Assembly: GCA_965222075.1 (NCBI GenBank)
Contig: OZ244937.1
Coordinates: 3,648,001 to 3,712,000, forward strand
DNA: 64,000 nucleotides
Reading direction: 5' to 3'
Source: Candidatus Latescibacterota bacterium
GTDB taxonomy: Bacteria > Latescibacterota > UBA2968 > GCA-2709665
Shown here: positions 1 to 8,971 of the stretch, piece after piece
Numbering within the stretch: position 1 is the stretch's first letter
Layout of the letters: each line of letters opens with the position of its first letter
The notes under the pieces: model-generated
The model's database searches: none
Told to the model about the DNA's origin: nothing
The model's input: the letters and a program-made list of their open reading frames with translations, nothing else
Made by a program: the position numbers and the translations under genes

Positions 1-1
1 A

Positions 2-145
2 AAATTATTCAAGGCGTTGATGACGGTTCACGTGCCTGACTGGAAAAAGTACGACATGGGAAAACAGGGGGGCGCCTACGTTTCGAAGATCGCTCCCGAC
101 GGAGACTCCATAAGCACACGAAGGAAATTCGCCCATAACGCCTGA
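2..145 (+). CDS. 3' end of a probable YgjP/DUF45 (M48-like) metallopeptidase, truncated by the window edge
   Basis: Frame 2 reads KLFKALMTVHVPDWKKY...HNA*, resembling the C-terminal HxxxF..LM...P.W segment of DUF45 proteins. Only a short stretch is visible. Confidence 0.45.
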   Translation, partial: KLFKALMTVHVPDWKKYDMGKQGGAYVSKIAPDGDSISTRRKFAHNA

Positions 146-210
146 ACAAATCACGCCGATGTCCGCAAAACCCATTGTTTATATATAACTTGAGAACTGG
201 AGGTAAAAAC

Positions 211-492
211 ATAGCAAAGAAGACTGTCAACTTTAATCAGTCTGGAGTATCAAAACTTCCGCAAAACAAGCCGGCCGTATACAGAATCAAGACCAGCGCC
301 GGGAAGACGAACTATGTTGGGGTAGCGAAGAGGGGCAGAGTCCAGGAGAGAATTCAGGAGCATCTCGACGCTGGCAATATACCCGGCGCAAAGGTTCAGA
401 TTGAGCAAAAGCCGAGTATTCAGGAGGCGAGGAAAACTGAGGCTCGCGCTATTGCTCGCACGAAACTAAAATACAACAAGCAAGGCTGCTAG
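211..492 (+). CDS. Small stand-alone GIY-YIG nuclease-domain protein (likely ATA start)
   Basis: AVYRI...NYVG...RVQERIQEH...E motif. The RBS GGAGGT (199-204) is followed by ATA GCA AAG at 211, not ATG. Confidence 0.6.
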   Translation: MAKKTVNFNQSGVSKLPQNKPAVYRIKTSAGKTNYVGVAKRGRVQERIQEHLDAGNIPGAKVQIEQKPSIQEARKTEARAIARTKLKYNKQGC

Positions 493-757
493 CGCGGCTC
501 GTATCCAGTCGGTCCCTTCCGCCAGCGAATGTCAGGTGAGAAAGGCCTTAGCGGTATTGACGGACCGTGGGCTAGCCGTGCCCTCTTGTCGCGGTCCAGT
601 GGCGCGGTGGAAACGTGGACGATGCCAATAGGAACGTATTAGACCCTGCAGGCCTTCGGAGTCTTAATTTGGGCTCTGTGTATGTGACTTGAGAGAAAAC
701 AGGGCCCTCATAGCGGATGCACCGTCTGCGCCCCCTTGCCGTTCTTTCTGCGCCGTG

Positions 758-1178
758 TTCACGCTGGACCAGTCCCGGCGGCTGCTGGAGGGAAGCCCCG
801 TACCGGACGCCGACCCGGAAGATGCGAAGGAGTTGCTCAACTATCGGAAAGCATTCGAGTTCGTATCCGAATATCTTTCGGGCGTCGGCCCAATCACGGA
901 GGGGTTGATTCGAGAAATCCACAGACGTCTGGTCGAAAGTGTTCGCGGCGGCGGCGCGGGTCCCGGCGAGTATCGGAAGATCCAGAACTATGTGGTGAAC
1001 TCCCTCACCGGGGAGATAATCTATGAGCCGCCACCAGCTTACGATGTGCCGATCATGATGGCGGAATTGGTGGACTGGCTCCACCGGGAACAGGAGATCC
1101 ATCCCGTGCTGGTGAGTGGAAGAAGAAGCAACGAGTCCGACGGACCCCGGCAAACGATACGTGTTCAATGATGGATAG
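758..1178 (+). pseudogene. Fic-family protein remnant lacking its N-terminus and catalytic motif
   Basis: [11 protein letters not shown]...IREIHRRLV...[14 protein letters not shown]...EIHPVLVSG is Fic-like but stops just before the HPFxDGNGR motif. A C-terminal-like segment ([16 protein letters not shown]) follows in another frame. Confidence 0.7.
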
Positions 1179-1190
1179 CCTGGTTCGGGA

Positions 1191-1237
1191 GCTATGACAA
1201 GCTGTGACACGGAGCTATGACATGGCACACTGTGACA
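1191..1237 (+). repeat. Four short direct repeats (G/A)CT(A/G)TGACA
   Basis: gctatgaca 1191, gctgtgaca 1201, gctatgaca 1214, actgtgaca 1229. Confidence 0.6.
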
Positions 1238-1295
1238 AGCCATCACAGAATCGCGGGAGAATTGTGAGGCGGCGTCTGCTGTGTGGGAGAACTCG

Positions 1296-1379
1296 CTCAC
1301 GACGCAGGAGCGCGAGGAGTTGAGCCGTCTTCGTGGTGAAGTCAAGCAGTTACGCATTGAGCGTGAGATTTTGCCAAAG
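1296..1379 (+). mobile_element. IS3-family transposase OrfA C-terminal fragment
   Basis: Translates LTTQEREELSRLRGEVKQLRIEREILPK, matching the IS3 OrfA coiled-coil tail. No OrfB or inverted repeats are seen. Confidence 0.6.
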
Positions 1380-1476
1380 ACCATGCCAGAGACAAGCTGA
1401 AACGCCACTATAATGATGTCAATAAACTTATTTGAAAGACCATTTAGTAACATCAGAAAGTAGAAATAACCAGGAC

Positions 1477-2667
1477 TCAGGCACGGGCGTGCTGGGACTC
1501 GGCCAAGACGCGGTATTCCACGCACAGGTGCGGGGTCTCTAAGCGCGGGTGGCCCTGGAGGCGGGAGGTGAGGCAGCTTTCCAAGGCGCCGCTGACCAGG
1601 AGGGTGCGCTGGATAGGATAGGGGGCTTTGCCGGTTGTGATCATCTCTTCGATTTTGGCTACTAAGCAGGCGGAGTAGGTGACGTTGGGGGTGGGGGAGA
1701 GGAAGAACTGAGTGGAGACCGGGTTGGGTTCGCCTTTGAGGCGGGCGGCAAAACAGTAGTCTTTCACCGCGCCGTTGAGCATGAGGAGGGTTGCGTTCAG
1801 GCCGTTGTTGTATTCGAGGAGGTAGGCAGCGGGGTTTTCAGCGAGTTTGAAGAGTTCGCCGCTGCCGAGGAGGTCCTGGGTGCGGCCGTCTTCCTCGGTG
1901 AGGCCTCTGGGGGAGTCGGATCGGGAGAGGGCGGCTTTCAGGAGTTCTTTGGACCAGCGCCCGTCCTCGCCGGCCTGCCAGACATCGTCACCGTCGATGA
2001 GCTGGACGGCTTTGACGCCGGTTTCACCACCACTGCGGCGTTCGACCATGCATTGCATGCCTTCCAGGGCGTGGTAGTCCATGGGGTCCGAGCTGCCCAC
2101 GCCAACCATAAGGGCGCTTTCGATTTCGCAGTCGAGGGGAAGTTCCAGGTCGGGCAGGCGCCAGGTGACCGGGATGGACGAGCCGGCCAGGAGAGGGAAG
2201 TCCAGGCGGCGGGCGTCGTCGATCATCTCGCGGGCCTTTTCAAAGCTGTAGGAGAGGTGCTTGTCGTTGTAGACGGGCACCGAACGGCCGTCTTCCTCGA
2301 AGACGGTGACGCATTCCTTGAAGAATTCGTAGCGGGGGTAGAGTTTCTGCCCCTTTTCGTTTGTGGGATACTCGCCGTGCTCACCGATGATCAGCACGGC
2401 GTCAACGGCGAGTTCGGACCCGCCGCAGCGGAGGGCTTCAGAAATGGTGGGATAGACATGAAAACCGAATTCGCGGGCACGGTCGGCGCTCTGGTCGCCT
2501 TCGGGGCGCTGGTCCACGTAGAGGGAGACGATTTTCGTGTTGGGGTGATGCCAGCGGCCCTGGTGGGGATAGCCGACCAGGAAGCGGTCGGCAAAGTGCT
2601 GGGCGTGGGAGAGGTAGCGGTAGATGGTGGCGATGACGGCGATGCGTCTTGGCGTTTTGGATGTCAT
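1477..2667 (-). CDS. Conserved hypothetical protein, distantly Gfo/Idh/MocA-like oxidoreductase (paralog 1)
   Basis: 396 aa; SHAQHF, AVDAVLIIGEHGEYP, NDKHLS, AGSSIPVTWR and YHALE motifs are shared with the next ORF. Confidence 0.7.
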   Translation of the reverse strand: MTSKTPRRIAVIATIYRYLSHAQHFADRFLVGYPHQGRWHHPNTKIVSLYVDQRPEGDQSADRAREFGFHVYPTISEALRCGGSELAVDAVLIIGEHGEYPTNEKGQKLYPRYEFFKECVTVFEEDGRSVPVYNDKHLSYSFEKAREMIDDARRLDFPLLAGSSIPVTWRLPDLELPLDCEIESALMVGVGSSDPMDYHALEGMQCMVERRSGGETGVKAVQLIDGDDVWQAGEDGRWSKELLKAALSRSDSPRGLTEEDGRTQDLLGSGELFKLAENPAAYLLEYNNGLNATLLMLNGAVKDYCFAARLKGEPNPVSTQFFLSPTPNVTYSACLVAKIEEMITTGKAPYPIQRTLLVSGALESCLTSRLQGHPRLETPHLCVEYRVLAESQHARA

Positions 2668-2805
2668 TTAAGTTCTCCGGAATGGTTTGAATATTCTGAT
2701 CGTTAGCTTCAGTTCCGCTCAACCCGCAGCACCACATCGGACAGGCATCCCGGGCAGATCATAGTCGTGCTTCCATAGGCACATCAGTCCCCGGTTGGGA
2801 GGGCC

Positions 2806-3999
2806 TCATGTCCTCCAGAAGGTCGATTCTTTTGTGGGCAGATACGCGATGTTCAGGTGCGGGGTTTCGATGCGTTTGTGACCTTCGTGCAGGCTGTCCA
2901 CGCCGGCGACGACGAGGCCGTTGGTGAGCAGGGTACGTTCAACGGGATAGGCCGGTTTGCCGGTGAGGAACATTTTCTCGATGTTGTTGACCTGGGGAGA
3001 GAAGAAGTTGGCCAGGGTGGTGTAGGCGGGGGGCATGGGGAGATACATCTGGGTGGAGAGGGGATCGTCCCGGCCTTCGAGGCGGGCGGCGAAGTTGAAG
3101 TCCCGCACCAGGCCGTTGAACAGGATCATGGTGGATTTGAGGCCGTCGGTATGTTCGTAGTGGTAGGCAATGGGGTCTTCGACGCGTTTTTTCAGGTCGT
3201 CTGTGGTGGGGAAGGTATTGTTGAAGCCCGGCCGCGAGGGGGTGAGGGTGTGGCTGCGGCAGAGGGCGGCTTCAAAAAGGTCGCGCGACCACACTTCCTT
3301 ATGGTGGGCCTCCCAGAAGTTCTCACCCCGGTAGGCCTGAAGCCATTTGACGCCGGTTTCGCCGCCTTCGCGCCGTTCGACCATACACTGGATCGTTTCT
3401 AAGGCGTGGAAGTCGTAGCTGTCCACACCGCCATAGCCGATACACAGGGCTTCCCGGACGCAGGCGCCCAGGGGCATGTCAATGGGGGGGAGGCGCCAGG
3501 TGACGGGCAGGGAGGAGCCGGCCATGAAGGCGAAGCCCATCTCTTGGGAGATGTCGTACATTTCTTTGGCCCAGTCCCAGTTCCAGGAGAGGTGTTTGTC
3601 GTTGAAAACGGGCGCCGTGCGGCCGGTGGTTCTGTAGACCGCGACGATCTGTTTGAAGAGTTCGTAGCGGGGGTAGAAGCGCTGGCCCTTCTCGTTGGTG
3701 GGGTAGTCGCCGTGCTCGCCGATGAGCAGGACGCCGTGCACGGCCAGGTCGCTGCGGCCCAGAGTGAGGGCGTCGGCGACGGTGGGATAGATGACCATAG
3801 AGGGGAAACGCTTTGCACGGTCCCGGCTCAGGTCGTTGTCCCCAACCTGATCAACGTAGAGGGAGACCAGGTCCATCGGGGGACGGTGGTGCCGGCCATT
3901 CCAGCCGTAGCCTTCTAAGAAGCGGTCAATGAAGTGCTGGGCGTGGGCGTATTTGTGGACAATGGTGGTGATGGCGGCGATTTTTGGGCGTTGTGGCAT
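2806..3999 (-). CDS. Conserved hypothetical protein, distantly Gfo/Idh/MocA-like oxidoreductase (paralog 2)
   Basis: 397 aa; HAQHF, GVLLIGEHGDYP, NDKHLS, AGSSLPVTWR and FHALE motifs. Confidence 0.7.
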   Translation of the reverse strand: MPQRPKIAAITTIVHKYAHAQHFIDRFLEGYGWNGRHHRPPMDLVSLYVDQVGDNDLSRDRAKRFPSMVIYPTVADALTLGRSDLAVHGVLLIGEHGDYPTNEKGQRFYPRYELFKQIVAVYRTTGRTAPVFNDKHLSWNWDWAKEMYDISQEMGFAFMAGSSLPVTWRLPPIDMPLGACVREALCIGYGGVDSYDFHALETIQCMVERREGGETGVKWLQAYRGENFWEAHHKEVWSRDLFEAALCRSHTLTPSRPGFNNTFPTTDDLKKRVEDPIAYHYEHTDGLKSTMILFNGLVRDFNFAARLEGRDDPLSTQMYLPMPPAYTTLANFFSPQVNNIEKMFLTGKPAYPVERTLLTNGLVVAGVDSLHEGHKRIETPHLNIAYLPTKESTFWRT

Positions 4000-4068
4000 A
4001 GGGCCAGGGTCCTCGGTTTAAACAGCCAGACGCAGCCACGGATGAGCACAGGGGTTGGGGGATGAGGG

Positions 4069-5070
4069 CTAATCCCACTCAAAGACGACACCGAGGACCT
4101 CTTTCGGGTTGTCCGCGAGCATAGTGTAGACCTCCTGGCACTGTTCCGGCCCGGCCACATGGGTGATGAGGTCTTCTACGGGAAGCTTGCCGTTGCTCAT
4201 CAGGCGCATGACCAGGTTGCGCTCCCGGTGCTTGGCCCAGCGGTAGTAGATGTGGTCCGCTTCCGGGGTTTTGGGCTGGTGAGCGCCCAGGATGCTGACT
4301 TCGCGGAGGTGGACATCGGCGAGAAAGTCCATTTCAACGGTGCCGCGCGCAGAGCCAAGGGCGACGACGCGGCCGGCTGTGCAGGCGAGTTTGACGGCGG
4401 TTGGATAGACAGCAGGCACCCCGGTGGCCTCGATAATGACGTTGGCGCCGTCTTCGACGCAGTGATCGCGCACGGCGGTTGGGAGGTCGTCTACCTCGTT
4501 GGGGTTGAAGCAGATGTCGATGCCCCTGGATGTGGCCTTCTGGCGCCTGAAATCGTCTAAGTCGACGCCGATGACGGGCATGCCGCCGGAGAGGTGGACA
4601 AGGGTCGCGGCGAGCTGTCCGACGATGCCCAGGCCGAAGACGACGACCGATTCTCCCAGTTCGATGCGGGAGACCCGAACGCCGTGCAGGGCGATGGCGC
4701 CCATGACCATGAAGGCCGCGGCCTTAGAGGAGACGTTCCCCGGGACGTTCTGGTAAAACCCTCTGGCGCCGGAGAGGATCGCGTGGCTGGCGTGGTTGCC
4801 CTGGCCGGCGATGCGGTCGCCGGGTTTCAGGTCCGGCACGTCTTTGCCGACGTCCAGCACGGTGCCGGTATTGCAGTAGCCGGTCGCACGCGGAAAGACC
4901 CGCTTCCCGCCCGGCTCACTCCCGTGCGTCCAGTTGTAGATTTCGGTGCCGACGCTGACGGCGGTGTATTCGTTCCGGACCAGGATGCCGTCGTCGGGGA
5001 TCGGACCAAGTTCGAATGCTTCGACTTCGACTCGGCGAACGTCGGGGCAGATAAGTCGTTTTGCTTTCAT
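4069..5070 (-). CDS. MDR (alcohol dehydrogenase-like) oxidoreductase, probably lacking catalytic Zn
   Basis: GroES-like N-terminus and GLGIVG Rossmann motif; VSVGTE and TGY replace the CxxD and GHE Zn ligands. Confidence 0.8.
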   Translation of the reverse strand: MKAKRLICPDVRRVEVEAFELGPIPDDGILVRNEYTAVSVGTEIYNWTHGSEPGGKRVFPRATGYCNTGTVLDVGKDVPDLKPGDRIAGQGNHASHAILSGARGFYQNVPGNVSSKAAAFMVMGAIALHGVRVSRIELGESVVVFGLGIVGQLAATLVHLSGGMPVIGVDLDDFRRQKATSRGIDICFNPNEVDDLPTAVRDHCVEDGANVIIEATGVPAVYPTAVKLACTAGRVVALGSARGTVEMDFLADVHLREVSILGAHQPKTPEADHIYYRWAKHRERNLVMRLMSNGKLPVEDLITHVAGPEQCQEVYTMLADNPKEVLGVVFEWD

Positions 5071-5117
5071 AGTACGGGTCCCTTGTTTCTGAAAACAGTG
5101 GAACTCCTATTGCCGTT

Positions 5118-6146
5118 TTACTGTCTACGGTCGATGGTTTGCTTGAAAAGCCTGAGAAAATTGCCGCCCCAGACTTTTTGGACCTCCTCTTCGGACAGGC
5201 CGTGGACCAGCATGCTTTGGGTGAGGTGGACGAGCTGGGAGACATCGGGGACAACCGGCGTTGTCCGGCCCATGCCGTCGAAGTCGGAGCCGATCCCTAC
5301 GTGGTCAATGCCCACGAGGTCGGCCACGTAGCAGATGTGTTCGACTAAACGGTCGACCGTGGCCTGTTCGGGGTGGATGAAGGAGGGGAGGAAGGCAATG
5401 CCCATCACGCCGCCGCCACCGGCGAGGGCTTTGATCTGGTCGTCGGTGAGGCAGCGCCAGTGGTGGCAGAGCGAGAAGACGGCCGTGTGGGTCATGGTAA
5501 CCGGCAGGGCAGAGTGCTCGATGACTTCGTAGAAGGCCCTGTCGTTGGTGTGGGCCAGGTCGGTGACCAGGCCCAGGGCGTTGCTCTCTTTCAGGATGTC
5601 CCGCCCAAACGGGGTGAGGCCACCGGCGTTTTTACGCTCCTGTTCACGGTCTTCCGTCGCGCAGGGGCCGAAGGGACTTTTGGTGCCCTGCAAGTAGTCG
5701 TCTCCCCCCTCGCCGTGGGTGAGGCCCACGCAGCGGACGCCGAGGCGGTCGTAGAGCCGGAGGGTGTCAACCTCCCCTTCCAGCCAGCGCCCGGCCCCTT
5801 CGATGGTCATGAGGATGCCGATTTTTCCCGTTTCCCAGGCGCGTTCGACGTCTGTTGAGGATTGGACGAGCAGGAGGTCGTCCGGGTATCTTTCGATGGA
5901 GGCCAGGGTCTGTTCGAGGGTGACCCGGACGTTGGCGGTAGGACCGTTTCCAACCACGAAGAACCCGGCGTTGAAGCCGCCCTCCACCATTCTGGGGATG
6001 TCCATGTGATAGGCCGGGTCCCGCTGCTCCCACCGGATCGGCCTCTCGCCCCGGTGGATGCGCTCGACCGGGGTGTCGTTGTGGCCGTCGATGATCAGGA
6101 GCCTGTCGTGTACCTCCTGAGCTTCTTCGAGGGTGATTTGGGGCAT
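5118..6146 (-). CDS. Membrane (renal-type) dipeptidase, peptidase M19
   Basis: IDGHND, TIEG, DLAH and HVGIGSDFDG motifs. Confidence 0.9.
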   Translation of the reverse strand: MPQITLEEAQEVHDRLLIIDGHNDTPVERIHRGERPIRWEQRDPAYHMDIPRMVEGGFNAGFFVVGNGPTANVRVTLEQTLASIERYPDDLLLVQSSTDVERAWETGKIGILMTIEGAGRWLEGEVDTLRLYDRLGVRCVGLTHGEGGDDYLQGTKSPFGPCATEDREQERKNAGGLTPFGRDILKESNALGLVTDLAHTNDRAFYEVIEHSALPVTMTHTAVFSLCHHWRCLTDDQIKALAGGGGVMGIAFLPSFIHPEQATVDRLVEHICYVADLVGIDHVGIGSDFDGMGRTTPVVPDVSQLVHLTQSMLVHGLSEEEVQKVWGGNFLRLFKQTIDRRQ

Positions 6147-6276
6147 GGGGAAACTCCTTTATAGACCACAGACCACGGAGAAAATTCAGTTCCAAGTTGA
6201 AAAAGTCAAAAAATGGAGATCAAACGTGATGGCAGGCAACCTGCAACCTGGAACGCCTCTGCCGTCCGCCGTCAGA

Positions 6277-7599
6277 TTATGGGGGATCAACGGGTACTTT
6301 CTGGCGTTTCAGGACCAGGGGATCGTAGGTGAATCCTTTGGTTCGTTTTCTGAATTCGGCACGGGCTTTGCGTATGAGGTCGGGTTTCTGGCAGAGATCG
6401 AGGGCGCTGCCGGTGAAGACTTTGGCGGTCTGGAGCATGGCGCGTTCGGCAAAGGGCATGGCGGCCTGGGCAGCGAGGTCCCGGTGGTGGCCGGGGGTGC
6501 CCTTGGCGTAACAGACGATCTGGAAGCGGCCCAGAGGGGCCAGCCAGGAGACGTTGTCTTCGTCTGTGGAGCCCCGCCCCTGCGAGCCGCTGCCTTTAGC
6601 GATGGTGGTGTTGAATTCGCCTTTGAGGCCGAGATTTCGAGCCCGTTTTTTGTCGTCCTGTGTGGGCCGGGGCGGGCCGAAGAGTTCTAAGTTGGCGCGG
6701 ACGGCGCCGCACATAGCGTCGTTGGGCAAGCGGGGGTAAACGGCGGTGATGCGGTGCCATTTCATTTCGGTGTCGGTGGCCTGCGCAGCACCCCGTGCAC
6801 AGGCGGTGAGACGTTCGCGGACGTCGTCGACCTGTTTCCTGTCTTTGCCACGGACGAAGTACCAGACTTTGGCGTAGGCGGGGACGACGTTGGGGGCGTC
6901 TCCGCCGTTTCGGATGACGCAGTGGATGCGGACGTTTTCAGGGACGTGTTCGCGCAGGTAGTTGGCGGCAATGTCGGTGAGCATGACGCCGTCCAAGGCG
7001 CTACGACCCTTGTGGGCGCTGGCGCCGTGGGCCGTGCGCCCGAAGAATTCGTAGACGAGGGAGTCGAGGGACGACCCGCCGAAGTTACTGACGCCCGATG
7101 AGTTGCCCGGGTGCCAGGCGAGGCAGGCGTCTAAGCCGCGGAAGGCTCCGTCGCGGGCCATGTAGACCTTTCCGGCTAAGGTCTCTTCGGCGGGACAGCC
7201 GTAGTAGATGATTTTGCCCTTTGTACCGGTTTTGTAGAGGATCTTTTTTGCGGCAACCGCACCCACGGCCGGGGCAACGCCCAGGAGGTTGTGCCCTCAG
7301 CCGTGTCCCCAGGTGCCTTCGTCGGCCCCACAGTTGGGCAGGGCGTCGTACTCGCCGAGCATGCCTACGGCGGGTTTGCCAAGACCCCAGGTGGCCCGGA
7401 AGGCGGTGGGGATGTTTTTGAAGGGGAATTCGACCTCGAATCCGTGTGAACTCAGGTAATCGGCCAGGCTTTTGGAGGATTGGACTTCACGGAACGGCCG
7501 CTCGGCCCAGGCGTGGATCTGCCGGGCGAGTTCCCGGGCTTTTCCGGATTCGGCGCTGACGGCTTTGTTGACGCGGGCTTTCTTGGTTTTGGGGGTCAC
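6277..7599 (-). CDS. M20D/AbgB-like amidohydrolase with in-frame UGA at codon 101 (candidate selenocysteine; alternatively a nonsense pseudogene)
   Basis: ORFs 7297..7599 and 6277..7266 are in the same frame. Read-through gives EYDALP...WGHG*GHNLLG...GCPAEE...WHP...GRSALD...GSTD, with UGA (7297-7299) at the Cys of the HGCGHN motif. Confidence 0.85.
7259..7294 (-). promoter_or_regulatory. Candidate bacterial SECIS hairpin
   Basis: mRNA after the UGA: GG-GCAC-A-AC-CU-CCUGGGC-[GUU]-GCCCCGG-CC-GU-GG-GUGC. The apical loop starts with GU, 18 nt after the UGA. Confidence 0.5.
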
Positions 7600-7773
7600 G
7601 GTACGGGTTCCTCTTTGAAAAATTTCGGAAATTCGGCGCTTTGGAAGTCCTGTACGCGGTGCTCCGGGTACAATCGATGCAGGGCCCTGACGCCTGCTGC
7701 CCCTCCGATGGCGGTTGTGGAAGGCCGACGTGCGGTGGCATAGCCGGGTTGTTGAGGCACAGCGCGCCGTACC

Positions 7774-8862
7774 CTATCCTTTTTGAATGGCTTCGACAAC
7801 AGCGTCTCCGACGGCGGCGGTGGCGGCCCTCCCGCCCAGATCGGCAGTGTGGTTGACAGGATCGGTGAGGGTCCGGGCAACGGCGCGGTCGATGGTTTGT
7901 GCAGCGGCAATGGCGTCGGCATCGTTGTGGCGTTCGCCCAGCCAGGTGAGCATCATGCCAGCGGAGAGGATCTGGGCGACCGGGTTGGCGATGCCCTGTC
8001 CGGCGATGTCGGGGCCGGTGCCGTGGGAGGGCTGGAAGAGGCCGCAGCGGTCGCCCACGTCGGCCGAGGGGGCCATGCCCATGCCGCCAACCGTGGCCGC
8101 GGCGAGGTCGGAGATGATGTCGCCGAACATGTTTTCGGCAACGACGACGTCGTAGAAGGCAGGGCTTCGGAGTTGGTAGACGGTGAAGGCGTCCACGTAG
8201 GCGTAGTCCCGTTCGGTGTCCGGGTAGTCACCGGCGACCCGGTCGTAGACCTGCCGGAAGAAGGCCATGCTTTTGAGGATGTTGGCCTTGTCCACGCAGG
8301 TGACGCGGCGCCTTCCATCCTCCGGCGCGCCCTGCCGCTGCAGGGCGATTTCAAAGGCGTAGCACACGATGCGTTCGGTGCCGGTGCGGGTGATGACCAT
8401 GTTGTCTACGGCGACATCGTCGCCCACGCGCACCCCTGCGCCCCGGGAGGCGTAGAGGCCTTCGGTGTTTTCCCGCATGATGACGTAGTCGATGGGCGGG
8501 TCGCCGGAGAGGAGAGGTGGGACGCCGGGGTATTTTTTGATGGGGCGGATGCCGGCGTAGAGGTCGAGCAGAAAGCGGAGGGTAATCTGGGGGGCGATTT
8601 CGGTGCCGTCGGGGAACCGCACCCCGGGGTCTCCGGCAGAGCCGAAGAGGATTGCGTCGGCCCGCCGACAGGCCTCTAAGGTGGATTCGGGGAGGTCGCT
8701 GCCGGTTTCGGTGTAACAGCGGGCGCCAACGGGGTGTTCGGAGAAGGTGAGCCGGAGGCCGGGGAAGGGCTTTTCCAGAGCGATGAGGACCTTGAGCGCT
8801 TCGGCCACGACTTCGGGGCCGACGCCGTCTCCGGGAAGGACGGCGATGGTGTAGGCTGACAT
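7774..8862 (-). CDS. Isocitrate/isopropylmalate (tartrate-type) beta-decarboxylating dehydrogenase
   Basis: [38 protein letters not shown] and HGTGPDIAG motifs; start taken at MSAYT. Confidence 0.9.
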   Translation of the reverse strand: MSAYTIAVLPGDGVGPEVVAEALKVLIALEKPFPGLRLTFSEHPVGARCYTETGSDLPESTLEACRRADAILFGSAGDPGVRFPDGTEIAPQITLRFLLDLYAGIRPIKKYPGVPPLLSGDPPIDYVIMRENTEGLYASRGAGVRVGDDVAVDNMVITRTGTERIVCYAFEIALQRQGAPEDGRRRVTCVDKANILKSMAFFRQVYDRVAGDYPDTERDYAYVDAFTVYQLRSPAFYDVVVAENMFGDIISDLAAATVGGMGMAPSADVGDRCGLFQPSHGTGPDIAGQGIANPVAQILSAGMMLTWLGERHNDADAIAAAQTIDRAVARTLTDPVNHTADLGGRAATAAVGDAVVEAIQKG

Positions 8863-8971
8863 GGGTGTCCTTTCGGTCTGTTTTTGGTTCGTTGAAGAGC
8901 TACGCAACTTCCTGCTGTTCCGCTCCCCTTCTCCCGCTGGCGGAAGAAACAGAATAATCGGCGAATCCCTC

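Noticed and set aside
572-1525. 317-aa minus-strand ORF
   Set aside because: It is antisense to the Fic and IS3 remnants and has no recognisable domain.
7267-7299. Frameshift or two-gene interpretation of the split M20 amidohydrolase
   Set aside because: Both ORFs are in the same frame and the intervening codons encode the conserved GHNLLG, so the only interruption is one TGA.
7596-7922. 108-aa ORF between the dehydrogenase and the M20 gene
   Set aside because: It overlaps the dehydrogenase 3' end out of frame and has no motif, although a small relic cannot be excluded.
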